Virus record (IMG/VR): IMGVR_UViG_3300032272_000006 | Coordinates: 1-64,000 of that record | Origin: a virus | Lineage: Duplodnaviria; Caudoviricetes | Reading direction: 5' to 3' (one strand) | DNA: 64,000 nt | Shown: in pieces, positions 55,464 through 64,000 of the stretch | How positions within the stretch are numbered: the stretch's first letter is position 1 | Layout: every line of letters begins with the position of its first letter | Notes under the pieces: generated by a model | Database searches by the model: none | The model's input: only the letters and a program-made list of their open reading frames with translations | Told to the model about the DNA's origin: nothing | Made by a program: the position numbers and the translations under genes

Positions 55464-56318
55464 ATGGCGAAAGCGACTGTTGTCCTTTCCGGAGGACAGG
55501 ATTCTACGACCTGCCTCTATTGGGCACTAAATCAAACCTTCGACGAAGTAGCCGCGGTCACGTTTGACTACGGTCAACGACACCGCACCGAGATCGACTC
55601 GGCAATCAAGATCGCTCGGATGGCAGGCATTGCCAAGCACGTCGTCCTCGAGCTGTCACCCGACACCCTGCGCTCAGATTCGCCTCTCACGTCAGGCAAC
55701 GACCTCGAGCAGTACGACGACCACGCATCCTTGCCCGGCGGTCTCGAGAAGACCTTCGTGCCGATGCGCAACCAAACCTTCCTGACAATCGCCGCAGCCG
55801 AGGCCTACCGCAACGGGCACCAAATGCTGATCACCGGCACCTGCGAAGAGGACTTCGGAGGCTATCCTGATTGCCGCCGCGTCTTCATCGACGCGCTCGA
55901 GGCTGCTTGCAACCTAGGCACGTTCACGGGCAAGGACGGGGCGCTCGGCAAGTTGACGATCTCCACGCCTCTCATGACGTTGACGAAGGCCCAGAGCGTT
56001 GACCTCGCGATCCGGCTCGGTTGGGATTGCTGGAAAGCACTTGCCTACAGTCATACGGCCTACGACGGCGCCTTCCCGCCCATCGGTCACGATCACGCTA
56101 CCTTGCTGCGAGCCAAAGGGTTCGAGGAGCACGGCACGCCTGACCCGCTGGTCATTCGCGCAATCGTCGAGGCCGGCATGGAAATCCCGGAGTCCGAAAA
56201 TTACGACGTAGTGTCGGGCCTCCTCAACGATCCTTCCTTCCACAACGAGAACGAGATGTCCTTGCTTCTCGCCGTATGGGAAGAGATGCTAAACGGGTTG
56301 GGTGCGACCGATGGTTGA
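55464..56318 (+). CDS. queC: 7-cyano-7-deazaguanine (preQ0) synthase
   Basis: SGGQDS, FDYGQRH, FVPMRN, YPDC; C-terminal Zn cysteines absent. Confidence 0.92.
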   Translation: MAKATVVLSGGQDSTTCLYWALNQTFDEVAAVTFDYGQRHRTEIDSAIKIARMAGIAKHVVLELSPDTLRSDSPLTSGNDLEQYDDHASLPGGLEKTFVPMRNQTFLTIAAAEAYRNGHQMLITGTCEEDFGGYPDCRRVFIDALEAACNLGTFTGKDGALGKLTISTPLMTLTKAQSVDLAIRLGWDCWKALAYSHTAYDGAFPPIGHDHATLLRAKGFEEHGTPDPLVIRAIVEAGMEIPESENYDVVSGLLNDPSFHNENEMSLLLAVWEEMLNGLGATDG

Positions 56319-57273
56319 GAAAGTACGTCTCGACCACGCAACGGTCGAAGCCGCCGTCCAGAAGATGTTCAACAACATCGTTGACACGGTTCCCGGCTAC
56401 TCATTGAACGTCTACGGAATCCCGCGCGGCGGAATCCCTATCGCGTACCTGTTCAAATCCATTTGCGAGAAGACATGCAAGTTCGCCGTCTCGGTCGTCG
56501 ATGATCCCACCGAAGCAGATATCTTCGTGGACGACATCTACGACACAGGCAAGACCGCTAAACGGTACGCCGACGAGTATGGCAAGCCTGTGTTCTGGGC
56601 GTTCGACAAAGCGCACGAGGAGGGCCCCGACCTATTTGGAATGAAGGTGCCCAAAGACAAATGGATTGTCTTCCCTTGGGAGGTGTCCGACGACCACGAA
56701 GAGGCCGGCGAGGATACGGTCACCCGCATGCTATCAAGGATAGGAGAAGACCCTAATCGTGAAGGCCTTTTGGAAACACCTGCTCGCGTTGTTAAAGCGT
56801 GGAATACATGGTTCGGCGGTTATGGTGTGGAACCAAGCTCTGTTCTCAAAGTATTCAAGGATGGCTCGGAAGGCGTTGACGAGATGGTGCTGGAAACCGA
56901 TATACCGGTTTACTCGCACTGCGAGCACCACCTTGCTCCTATATTCGGCGTTGCTCATGTCGGGTATATTCCTAATGGGGGCGTTGTTGGGCTTTCTAAG
57001 CTTGTGCGCCTTGTTGACGTGTTCGCGCGTCGTCTGCAGGTGCAAGAGCGCCTTACCAACCAGATCGCGGACGCACTCCAAGAAGAGTTGGGTGCGCTTG
57101 GTGTGGGAGTTGTCCTGCAGTGCCGTCACTTCTGCATGGAATCGCGCGGCGTTAAATCGTCGGGCGTGATCACGACCACGTCCGCCTTACGCGGTGCGCT
57201 CAAAGACGAGCACGACGCCCGGGCGGAATTTCTTTCCCTGATCAACATGACTCGAAAAGGTGGACCATTATGA
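56311..57273 (+). CDS. folE: Phosphoribosyltransferase - GTP cyclohydrolase I fusion
   Basis: N: [23 protein letters not shown]; C: [36 protein letters not shown]. Confidence 0.92.
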   Translation: MVEKVRLDHATVEAAVQKMFNNIVDTVPGYSLNVYGIPRGGIPIAYLFKSICEKTCKFAVSVVDDPTEADIFVDDIYDTGKTAKRYADEYGKPVFWAFDKAHEEGPDLFGMKVPKDKWIVFPWEVSDDHEEAGEDTVTRMLSRIGEDPNREGLLETPARVVKAWNTWFGGYGVEPSSVLKVFKDGSEGVDEMVLETDIPVYSHCEHHLAPIFGVAHVGYIPNGGVVGLSKLVRLVDVFARRLQVQERLTNQIADALQEELGALGVGVVLQCRHFCMESRGVKSSGVITTTSALRGALKDEHDARAEFLSLINMTRKGGPL

Positions 57274-58073
57274 CCGAGAAGCTTTCCGAGACGAAAGGTC
57301 TTAAGAAGCTAGGCAGCGCTACCGAGTACGTCTATGACGGCGCGGACAAGGAGCTCCTCGAACGCTTCCCGAACCCTTTGAAGAAAGGGCCGGGTGTAGG
57401 ATCAGTCGAGATCGTCGCTCCGGAGTTCACGTCCCTTTGCCCACTGACGGGACAGCCCGACTTCGCCACCATCGTCGTCGAGTACGTCCCGCGGACGTGG
57501 TGCGTTGAGTCGAAGGCTTGGAAAATGTATCTCGGGTCCTTCCGTAACTTCGGCGAGTTCCACGAGTCCTGCGTCCGTCGAATAGCGAATGACTTGATCG
57601 AATTGCTCGATCCTCACTTCCTCAAGATCGAGGGCCAGTTCACGCCGCGAGGTGGTATACCGTTCTGGCCTACTGTCGAGTACACGCGCCCAGAAATCGC
57701 TTTCGAGTTCAAAGAGACGCCCGGCGTCCTCGAAGACAAAAATGTCTTTTTCCTCGGTGAGTCGACTTTCGAGAAATGCGAACACTCCAAGACCAGTGAC
57801 TGCCTCCTTGCACGCCAAGGCGTATTGTTGGGCACAGCCGAAGTCGCCGAGATCGAGGTTGGCTTGTTTGACGAGATGGCTCGCAAGTACGCGGCCGGGA
57901 ACTACGCTGTTGCTGATCGGGCACGCCTCAAGGAGTTCCTGGAGGAGACGACCGAGTACGCAATTGACGACGAGACGGTGGTCACCGTCGTGTGGTTCAA
58001 GAACGTTACCATCTTCGAGGAGGCTCAGGAGCTCGGCGACGCGTCTAGCATCGTTCCTCTGCATAAGGACTGA
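57270..58073 (+). CDS. queF: preQ0 reductase (type I QueF) with C-terminal ASCH-like extension
   Basis: [21 protein letters not shown] QueF motif, FHE, TPRGG; about 125-aa extension. Confidence 0.9.
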   Translation: MTEKLSETKGLKKLGSATEYVYDGADKELLERFPNPLKKGPGVGSVEIVAPEFTSLCPLTGQPDFATIVVEYVPRTWCVESKAWKMYLGSFRNFGEFHESCVRRIANDLIELLDPHFLKIEGQFTPRGGIPFWPTVEYTRPEIAFEFKETPGVLEDKNVFFLGESTFEKCEHSKTSDCLLARQGVLLGTAEVAEIEVGLFDEMARKYAAGNYAVADRARLKEFLEETTEYAIDDETVVTVVWFKNVTIFEEAQELGDASSIVPLHKD

Positions 58074-58077
58074 TCCC

Positions 58078-58737
58078 ATGGCAATGGTCGACTCGCTCGA
58101 CAAGATTATTTCTATCTACGTCGCCTGCGTTGCGGCGGAGTCGTTCGAGTATAAGGGCAAGGTTTACAATCCCAAGCCCCTGCAGGTGTCGCCTTTGATT
58201 TTCAGGGGCTTCACTTGCCCGGCTGGGTGTGGTGGATGCTGCCCACGATTCTCACTCGACTATTTGCCTTACGAGGACCTTCCTGATCTCGATTTGCAGC
58301 CGCGAGTTATAGAGGTGATCACGACAAACGGCGTCCAAGAAGTCAAGATCCTGTCCGACAAGCAGGACGACCACAAGAATCACCACTGCCGCAACCTCAA
58401 CTTGGATGACGGGCGGTGCGGTATTCACGGTCGGCAGCCGTTCTCGTGCGACTTCGAATTGATCCGGTTTCTCGAGTTCGCTCCTACCGAGGTCAGAGAT
58501 GCGCGGAGCGTCGTCACCCAGAAGTTATTCGGGCGAGGATGGGCGATGCTTCGAGTTGATGGAGAGCGAGGCGCTCTGTGCGAGATGACACCGGCGGACG
58601 CTCATACCCAGGCCGAGACTCTGCGGAAACTTCGCCGCCTTCAAGAATGGTCGGCACATTTTGGAATCCGTACTAAACTCGGGACGATTATGGAATGGGT
58701 CGCTTCGGGCCCGCACAACGAACCACTGGTAGTATAG
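58078..58737 (+). CDS. Cys-rich CxxxCxxCC protein, candidate dPreQ1 methyltransferase (DpdM-like)
   Basis: CPAGCGGCC and C-x9-C-x9-C clusters; lies between queF and dpdA. Confidence 0.6.
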   Translation: MAMVDSLDKIISIYVACVAAESFEYKGKVYNPKPLQVSPLIFRGFTCPAGCGGCCPRFSLDYLPYEDLPDLDLQPRVIEVITTNGVQEVKILSDKQDDHKNHHCRNLNLDDGRCGIHGRQPFSCDFELIRFLEFAPTEVRDARSVVTQKLFGRGWAMLRVDGERGALCEMTPADAHTQAETLRKLRRLQEWSAHFGIRTKLGTIMEWVASGPHNEPLVV

Positions 58738-58746
58738 GAGGGCGCT

Positions 58747-58983
58747 ATGTTTGGTGCAGTCAAAGAAAAGATTGAGGAGCGCAAGCGAGTGCTGGCGCAT
58801 CTCATGACTTCACTCGAGAAGTGGAGAGCGTCTGACCGTTTAAACGCGGAGCCTGGCACGCCTCGAAGTCACCTTCTGACAGACGAGGAAAAGGAACTCG
58901 CCCACGCCTACGATCTGCTCCAGAACTTAATTGGGCAGGTCCAGAAAGAGAAGCCCGGCGGGAACGTAGACATTTCCTGCTGA
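58747..58983 (+). CDS. Small helical hypothetical protein
   Basis: GGAGG RBS. Confidence 0.7.
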   Translation: MFGAVKEKIEERKRVLAHLMTSLEKWRASDRLNAEPGTPRSHLLTDEEKELAHAYDLLQNLIGQVQKEKPGGNVDISC

Positions 58984-59012
58984 TATATAACGCATCAAAG
59001 GACCCGAATGGT

Positions 59013-60053
59013 ATGTTCTTCTATATGAGCGGCACGCCCCGCAACGACGTTCTGCAACGCCAGGAAAATAGCCTTTGCTCGCATCGCCTATTCTCACTTC
59101 ATGGTGACTACCAGCGAGCGGTTCACAAATGGCTTGACGACGTTCTGGAAGATCCTTCGCACCCCTACCCTCGTTCGATCATGCTCGATTCCGGCGCCTT
59201 CACGGCGTGGAACGCGGGCGGCGAGGTAACGGTGGACGAAGTGTTCGACTCCTACAGCCGGTTCGAGGAAAAGTGCGGCGACCTGTTCGATGAAATCTGG
59301 ATGGTCAACCTCGATAAGATCCCAGGCAAGCGAGGCGAAGATCCTACCGTCCAAGAGATCAACGATGCCTTGAGGATCTCGGATATCAACTACAAGAAAT
59401 TGGTCGACCGTTTCGGTGAACGAATCTTGCCGGTGTATCATCAAGGCGAGGATACAGGGCGGCTTCTCGAACTTGCTAGCATGGCAAAGTACATTTGTGT
59501 CTCGCCTCGAAATGACATGCCCGAGTTGAAACGAGCCAAGTGGGCGGGTGAGAAACACAAAGCCCTCGACAAGCACGCGCCTGGGACGATGACTCACGGT
59601 CTCGCGACGACGGGCAACAACATGCTACGAGACGTGAAGTGGACGTCCGTCGATTCCGCGGCCTGGATCCTTCACGCTGGTTTTGGTAAGGTTGACATTT
59701 TCGAAGGCGACCGGTATCGGAATTACTTCGTGTCGGATGATCCTCGCAAGGCCGGGTTGATGAACCAGCATTGGGGCGCCCAGATCAGCAACAACCCCGA
59801 GACAGGTGCTGTGGAAGTAGCCGTGCCCGAGGCGGTAGAGCGGGGTGGTAAATTGATTGGTCCTGGCATGCCTACGTCCCAGCGACTGCGCATCCGAGAA
59901 CGCATCGAGAAGTATGGCTTCAACACCGAGGAGATCGTCACAAACTCCCGGGCCCGGTCAATTGTCTGCATGGGCGAACTAGCTGACTATTGCCGCTGGG
60001 CAACAGAATACCAAAAACGAAAGACGCGGCAAGACGGCCTGGGTCTAGATTGA
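59013..60053 (+). CDS. dpdA: DNA 7-deazaguanine transglycosylase (DpdA, likely DpdA2-like)
   Basis: MLDSGAFTAW, NLDKIPG, PVYHQGE, THGL, SVDSAAW TGT-fold motifs; que context. Confidence 0.82.
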   Translation: MFFYMSGTPRNDVLQRQENSLCSHRLFSLHGDYQRAVHKWLDDVLEDPSHPYPRSIMLDSGAFTAWNAGGEVTVDEVFDSYSRFEEKCGDLFDEIWMVNLDKIPGKRGEDPTVQEINDALRISDINYKKLVDRFGERILPVYHQGEDTGRLLELASMAKYICVSPRNDMPELKRAKWAGEKHKALDKHAPGTMTHGLATTGNNMLRDVKWTSVDSAAWILHAGFGKVDIFEGDRYRNYFVSDDPRKAGLMNQHWGAQISNNPETGAVEVAVPEAVERGGKLIGPGMPTSQRLRIRERIEKYGFNTEEIVTNSRARSIVCMGELADYCRWATEYQKRKTRQDGLGLD

Positions 60054-60196
60054 TGGCGACGAAAAAGAAAGGCGTCCTTGCAACGTCAGGCGAATGGTGG
60101 AAGCACCTTCGTTGGACGAAACGATCCTTCTGGAAAAAGAACCGGCGGCTCGAGCGCAAGGCAGTACAGGAGTTGCGCGATGCAATGGACCGCTGA
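60053..60196 (+). CDS. 47-aa basic Trp-rich protein
   Basis: TGATG coupling with dpdA stop. Confidence 0.55.
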   Translation: MATKKKGVLATSGEWWKHLRWTKRSFWKKNRRLERKAVQELRDAMDR

Positions 60197-61397
60197 GCAA
60201 GAAGGCGCCCTGCAGGCCGTCGAGCATTGGTTCCGTAATAAGACGTCTCCCTCGTTCTACCTTGCGGGTTATGCCGGGACGGGCAAGACGACTCTCGCGC
60301 GTCACTTCGCTGAAAATTGCTCAGGCGTCGTCAAGTTCGCAGCGTTCACGGGCAAGGCCGCTTCCGTCTTGAGGAAGAAAGGTTGCCCCGGCGCAACGAC
60401 GATCCACTCGCTGATCTATCGACCAGTCGGTCAGACGAACGAGAAGCAGCGACGGTCGTTGGAAATCCTTATCGAGGTCGAGGAGAACAAAGACAAGGCC
60501 GACCGTGACCCGATGGTCGAGACGTGGCGCAAAGAACTTGCCGACCTCACCGCACGTTCGCGCGCCATGTTCGAACTGCGCAAGGAAGGCGAGACCGAGA
60601 TAATGGAAGCCGACTTGGTCATCATCGACGAATGCTCGACCGTCGATGTTAAGATGGGCGCTGACCTCGAAGGATTTGGCGTCCCGATCTTGTACCTCGG
60701 CGATCCTGGGCAGCTCCCGCCCGTCAATGGCAAAGGCCTGCTCGCGAAGCGTCGTCCCGACTATACCCTCGAGGAGATTCATCGCCAGGCGAAGGACTCG
60801 CCCATCATCTGGCTTGCCCACGAGATCAGGCAAGGCCGGAAGACGGCTTTTGGCTCGTTCGGAGACGGGCAAGTTGAAATTCTTAAGAAGCGCGAGTGGG
60901 ATTGGCAGCGCGCAATCGAATCCGATCAAATGATCTGCGGCATGAACAAGACGAGACGTCGTTTAAACGCAGGCGCCCGGGAGCGCCTTGGCTTCGATAA
61001 GCTCTACCCGCTGGTCGACGACAAACTGATCTGCCTCAACAACGACCACGACGAAGGCCTACTCAACGGCGTCACTTGCTCGATGCTTGCCGACTCGATC
61101 AAGAAAGGAAACCTGCTCGAGGCGCGTATCGACTACGAAGGCATGAGAATGCTCCACTACATCGACCCTGGGCACTTCGAGGAGAACTACCAGAAGCGTT
61201 TATCCTACCCAAAATACGACACCGTCCAGCACTTCGATTATGGCTACGCTATCACGGGGCACAAGTCGCAGGGGTCCCAGTGGCCGAGCATCGTCGTCTG
61301 TGACGATAAGATGAGGGCGGACGATGTTGTTCATAGACGGCAATGGCTCTATACTGTCGTCACAAGGGCCGAGGAAGGCCTAACCGTCTATGCCTGA
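60180..61397 (+). CDS. Dda/RecD-like SF1B helicase
   Basis: GYAGTGKT, AFTGKAA, TIHS, IDECS, GDPGQL, YAITGHKSQGSQW, YTVVTRA. Confidence 0.92.
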   Translation: MQWTAEQEGALQAVEHWFRNKTSPSFYLAGYAGTGKTTLARHFAENCSGVVKFAAFTGKAASVLRKKGCPGATTIHSLIYRPVGQTNEKQRRSLEILIEVEENKDKADRDPMVETWRKELADLTARSRAMFELRKEGETEIMEADLVIIDECSTVDVKMGADLEGFGVPILYLGDPGQLPPVNGKGLLAKRRPDYTLEEIHRQAKDSPIIWLAHEIRQGRKTAFGSFGDGQVEILKKREWDWQRAIESDQMICGMNKTRRRLNAGARERLGFDKLYPLVDDKLICLNNDHDEGLLNGVTCSMLADSIKKGNLLEARIDYEGMRMLHYIDPGHFEENYQKRLSYPKYDTVQHFDYGYAITGHKSQGSQWPSIVVCDDKMRADDVVHRRQWLYTVVTRAEEGLTVYA

Positions 61398-61701
61398 GGA
61401 AAACATGCCATTCCCAGAAAGTGTTCGCGTCAAGTACGAGGTGTTCTTAACCTCGAGCGATGCGGATGCCACTTTCGTTGTATCGTCGCCCCGGCTTGCC
61501 GGCACGCTTCGAACCGACCAGATCAATGACTACGTCGAGGAACGCATCGGTGAAGTCATCAAGACCCTAAATGAATTGCAAGGCGTCACCGACTTCCGCC
61601 TCATGAACGGAACAGAAGTCGAGTGCTTCGTGCGAGGGTTCCACAAGCACAATCTACTCAATCCAGAGGAATATGATGCTGACATTGGTTTTCGACACTG
61701 A
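61390..61701 (+). CDS. Hypothetical protein
   Basis: Coupled ORF in operon. Confidence 0.65.
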   Translation: MPEENMPFPESVRVKYEVFLTSSDADATFVVSSPRLAGTLRTDQINDYVEERIGEVIKTLNELQGVTDFRLMNGTEVECFVRGFHKHNLLNPEEYDADIGFRH

Positions 61702-62275
61702 GACGACGGGCAAGGCCGACTTCAAAGCGGCAAAGCTGAACCGCCTCCACTGCCAACCCTACATTGTCCAACTTGGCGCGATCCTTTACGAGGACCAGCA
61801 GGTCGTTGCCGAACTCAACCTGATCGTTGATCCGTCCTACAAAGGAACTCGAGTCGAGGTGCCGCAGGAGGCAATTGACGTCCACGGGATCAGCAACGAG
61901 ATGATCGAAGCGGCCAGTTTCGACCATAAGGTGGTCATTCCGATGTTCAATCAACTTGTCCGCAAGGCTGACCGGCTCGTCGCTCACAACATGCAGTTCG
62001 ACTTGCTTATGGCTCGGTCGATGTTCACGCGGATCGCCGCCTCGCACGATACTCTCCTAGGTGTGCCTAAGGTTTGCACTATGTTGTCCGCCAAGCCTGT
62101 GCTAAAGTTGCCGGGTAAATACGGCGACTACAAATGGCCGTCACTCGACGAGGCCTACCGCACTTTGCTTGATGCGGATGGGTTCGAGGGCGCTCATGAT
62201 GCGATGGTCGACGTCCGAGCAGCGGCCGCTGTCCTCTTCGCTTTGGAAGACGCCGGTCACCCACTAACGCACTAA
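61673..62275 (+). CDS. DEDDh 3'-5' exonuclease (DnaQ-like)
   Basis: FDTETTG, AHNMQFD, AHDAMVD. Confidence 0.92.
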   Translation: MMLTLVFDTETTGKADFKAAKLNRLHCQPYIVQLGAILYEDQQVVAELNLIVDPSYKGTRVEVPQEAIDVHGISNEMIEAASFDHKVVIPMFNQLVRKADRLVAHNMQFDLLMARSMFTRIAASHDTLLGVPKVCTMLSAKPVLKLPGKYGDYKWPSLDEAYRTLLDADGFEGAHDAMVDVRAAAAVLFALEDAGHPLTH

Positions 62276-62284
62276 GGAGTCACC

Positions 62285-63232
62285 ATGTCGCTCGCTTCGC
62301 AGTTCCGAAAAATCCGCAAAGTGTTCTCGACGTTCAACGCCGGGAACATCAACCGCGTTGCCGTCATGGATGGACGAATTTTCGCGACGGACGACCGCAT
62401 CATCGTTTCCACACCGTTTGATAGCGACCTATCGTTTATGGTTGACGGTGAGACGTTTGGGAAAGCCGTGACTCGCGACAAGGCAACGCTAACCATTGAC
62501 GAAGCCGGGGACGTGATCGTAACAGCCGGCGTCTTCACTGCGTCGTTGGTAACCAGCGAACCTGACCCGCGGATGCGCCCAGATGGTGAGTGGCAACCCT
62601 TGCCCAAGAACCTCTTGATGGCGTTCGAGGCGCTTCAGCCCTTCCAGTCGGACGACGTGTCACGGGAATGGGCCTGTGCTATCACGATCAAGGACGGTCA
62701 CCTGTTCGCGACCAACAACTACATCTTCGCCGTATGGGACGACGAGGACGCCGCGGACATGGACGTATCCTTCCCGGCCTGGGTCGTTGACTACATGCTC
62801 GATCTCGACGAGAAGCCGACTGGTCTTTGCGTCCATGACGATTGGATCGGGTTACGGTTTGAGGATGACACCGAGATCCTTGCCTTCCGGTTGAGCCGCG
62901 AGATGGAACAGTCGGTCATGGACATGGGCCTCGCAATCGAGCGCGTAGGTGAGAAGATTCCTGAAGGTTGGAGGAAGATCCTTTCCGAGGTCGTCGAACA
63001 GCCAGGAGCGGACACCGTCGTCATAACGCCCACCCAGTTAATATGCGAGACAGACAAAGGCACGTTGGTAGCGGAAATCGCATCACCGACGACGGTCGAA
63101 TCTCAATTCTCGCCCAAGCTACTACTCACCGTCGTTGGGATTGCGACTCACATTGACCTCGACGCAGCCCCTAATCCTTCTACTTGGTACGGCAACAACG
63201 TCCGGGGTCTCATAGCAGGGAAGACAGCGTAA
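62285..63232 (+). CDS. Sliding-clamp (DNA Pol III beta-like) protein, divergent
   Basis: Repeated FATDDR / FATNNY domain starts, about 315 aa, follows DnaQ-like gene. Confidence 0.6.
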   Translation: MSLASQFRKIRKVFSTFNAGNINRVAVMDGRIFATDDRIIVSTPFDSDLSFMVDGETFGKAVTRDKATLTIDEAGDVIVTAGVFTASLVTSEPDPRMRPDGEWQPLPKNLLMAFEALQPFQSDDVSREWACAITIKDGHLFATNNYIFAVWDDEDAADMDVSFPAWVVDYMLDLDEKPTGLCVHDDWIGLRFEDDTEILAFRLSREMEQSVMDMGLAIERVGEKIPEGWRKILSEVVEQPGADTVVITPTQLICETDKGTLVAEIASPTTVESQFSPKLLLTVVGIATHIDLDAAPNPSTWYGNNVRGLIAGKTA

Positions 63233-63540
63233 TGAAATTCTCAGAATTTATGGGCAACTTGTTCAATCAGGTTGCACCCGTTCCGAAGCGCATGCCGCTC
63301 AAGACCGGTCGCCCTTGGAACGTCGGTCAAGACGGGCGTGTCTATCGGCATCCCGGCGTCGTCGTGGCGCGGAACATTCGCCAGCACGTCACGAAGGAAG
63401 GCAAGCCTTGTTTCCAAGCCGTCAAGGGCGGTAAGCGGCCACCCATCGCGACAATGGTGCACCGCGCCGTGCCCGTCGAGGTCTTCAACGCCCGGAAAAG
63501 CGCAATCAAGAGAAAGGCAATGGGTCGCTATGTTTGGTAA
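63232..63540 (+). CDS. Basic hypothetical protein
   Basis: TAATG coupling. Confidence 0.65.
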   Translation: MKFSEFMGNLFNQVAPVPKRMPLKTGRPWNVGQDGRVYRHPGVVVARNIRQHVTKEGKPCFQAVKGGKRPPIATMVHRAVPVEVFNARKSAIKRKAMGRYVW

Positions 63541-64000
63541 GAACACCCCACGCAGTCGTGAGCACGGCACCTCCCTTCAGTATCGGGAGGTGTTCTACAC
63601 GATCCAGGGAGAGGGCCCATTCGCGGGTCGCCCTGCGACGTTCATCCGCCTAACCGGCTGTAATCTCAAATGCTGGTTCTGCGATACTGAGTGGGACGAC
63701 GAGAAAGACGCCTCGTTGAACTTTCAAGACATCGCGGACCTTGCACGAGACGCCTCGCCGCCTCATTCGACGCTCGCGGTTCTAACGGGCGGAGAGCCCA
63801 TGCGTCAGGATTTGGGCCCGCTCATACAGGCTCTCCAGAGAAACGGGTTCTGTGACGTGCAGATCGAGACGGCTGGGTCATTCTGGCAGGCCTGCGTCCT
63901 TTGGCCAGGAGTGACGACCGTCATCTCACCCAAGACGGCGAAAGTCAACCCGGCCTTTAGGAAATACGATGCGAACTTCTTCTGGAAATACGTCCTCAAA
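63530..64000 (+). CDS. queE: 7-carboxy-7-deazaguanine synthase (radical SAM), truncated by window end
   Basis: EVFYTIQGEG, FIRLTGCNLKCWFCDT, LTGGEP; absent from ORF track because it runs off the end. Confidence 0.93.
   Translation, partial: MFGKNTPRSREHGTSLQYREVFYTIQGEGPFAGRPATFIRLTGCNLKCWFCDTEWDDEKDASLNFQDIADLARDASPPHSTLAVLTGGEPMRQDLGPLIQALQRNGFCDVQIETAGSFWQACVLWPGVTTVISPKTAKVNPAFRKYDANFFWKYVLK

Larger units (their letters stand above)
4532..60968. repeat. Dispersed palindrome (C)GTTTAAAC(G), 20 copies
   Basis: Copies start at 4532, 7077, 8633, 9099, 14131, 15617, 20290, 27603, 29884, 33744, 39199, 39529, 40401, 40939, 42094, 47490, 52326, 55424, 58838, 60961. Confidence 0.92.

Noticed and set aside
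63568-63594. Hairpin CACCTCCC/GGGAGGTG near the queE start as a regulatory element
   Set aside because: It lies within coding sequence with no start codon placed for the hidden SD; a single instance gives insufficient support.

Overview
This window is part of a larger (>64 kb) siphovirus-type tailed phage genome. The host is very probably an alphaproteobacterium, judged from the CtrA boxes, RcGTA-like tail-tip and head-spike genes, and class II ribonucleotide reductase. In order, it holds: small accessory genes (1-2 kb); terminase, portal, head, neck and tail genes (2.3-38 kb), interspersed with nrdJ, a MuF head protein carrying an internal ADP-ribosyltransferase, an endolysin, phoH, a T5 A1-like phosphoesterase and two atypical tRNA genes; an array of promoter-gene-terminator early cassettes with CtrA boxes (39-42 kb); a minus-strand, lower-GC head-spike/beta-helix module (42-45.5 kb); and a replication and nucleotide block (thyX, SNF2 helicase, primase, UvrD, HD hydrolase, Dda-like helicase, DnaQ-like exonuclease, clamp-like protein). 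That last block is interleaved with a 7-deazaguanine DNA-modification pathway: queD, queC, PRTase-folE fusion, queF with an extra domain, a Cys-rich dpdM-like gene, dpdA, and queE truncated by the window end. No DNA polymerase, integrase or CRISPR array is visible. The most striking non-coding signals are 20 copies of the palindrome (C)GTTTAAAC(G) spread through genes and intergenic hairpins, a TATAAG-N3-CTTATA operator family, and two copies of a ~150-bp composite inverted-repeat element. All family assignments come from motif recognition by eye; no database search was run.
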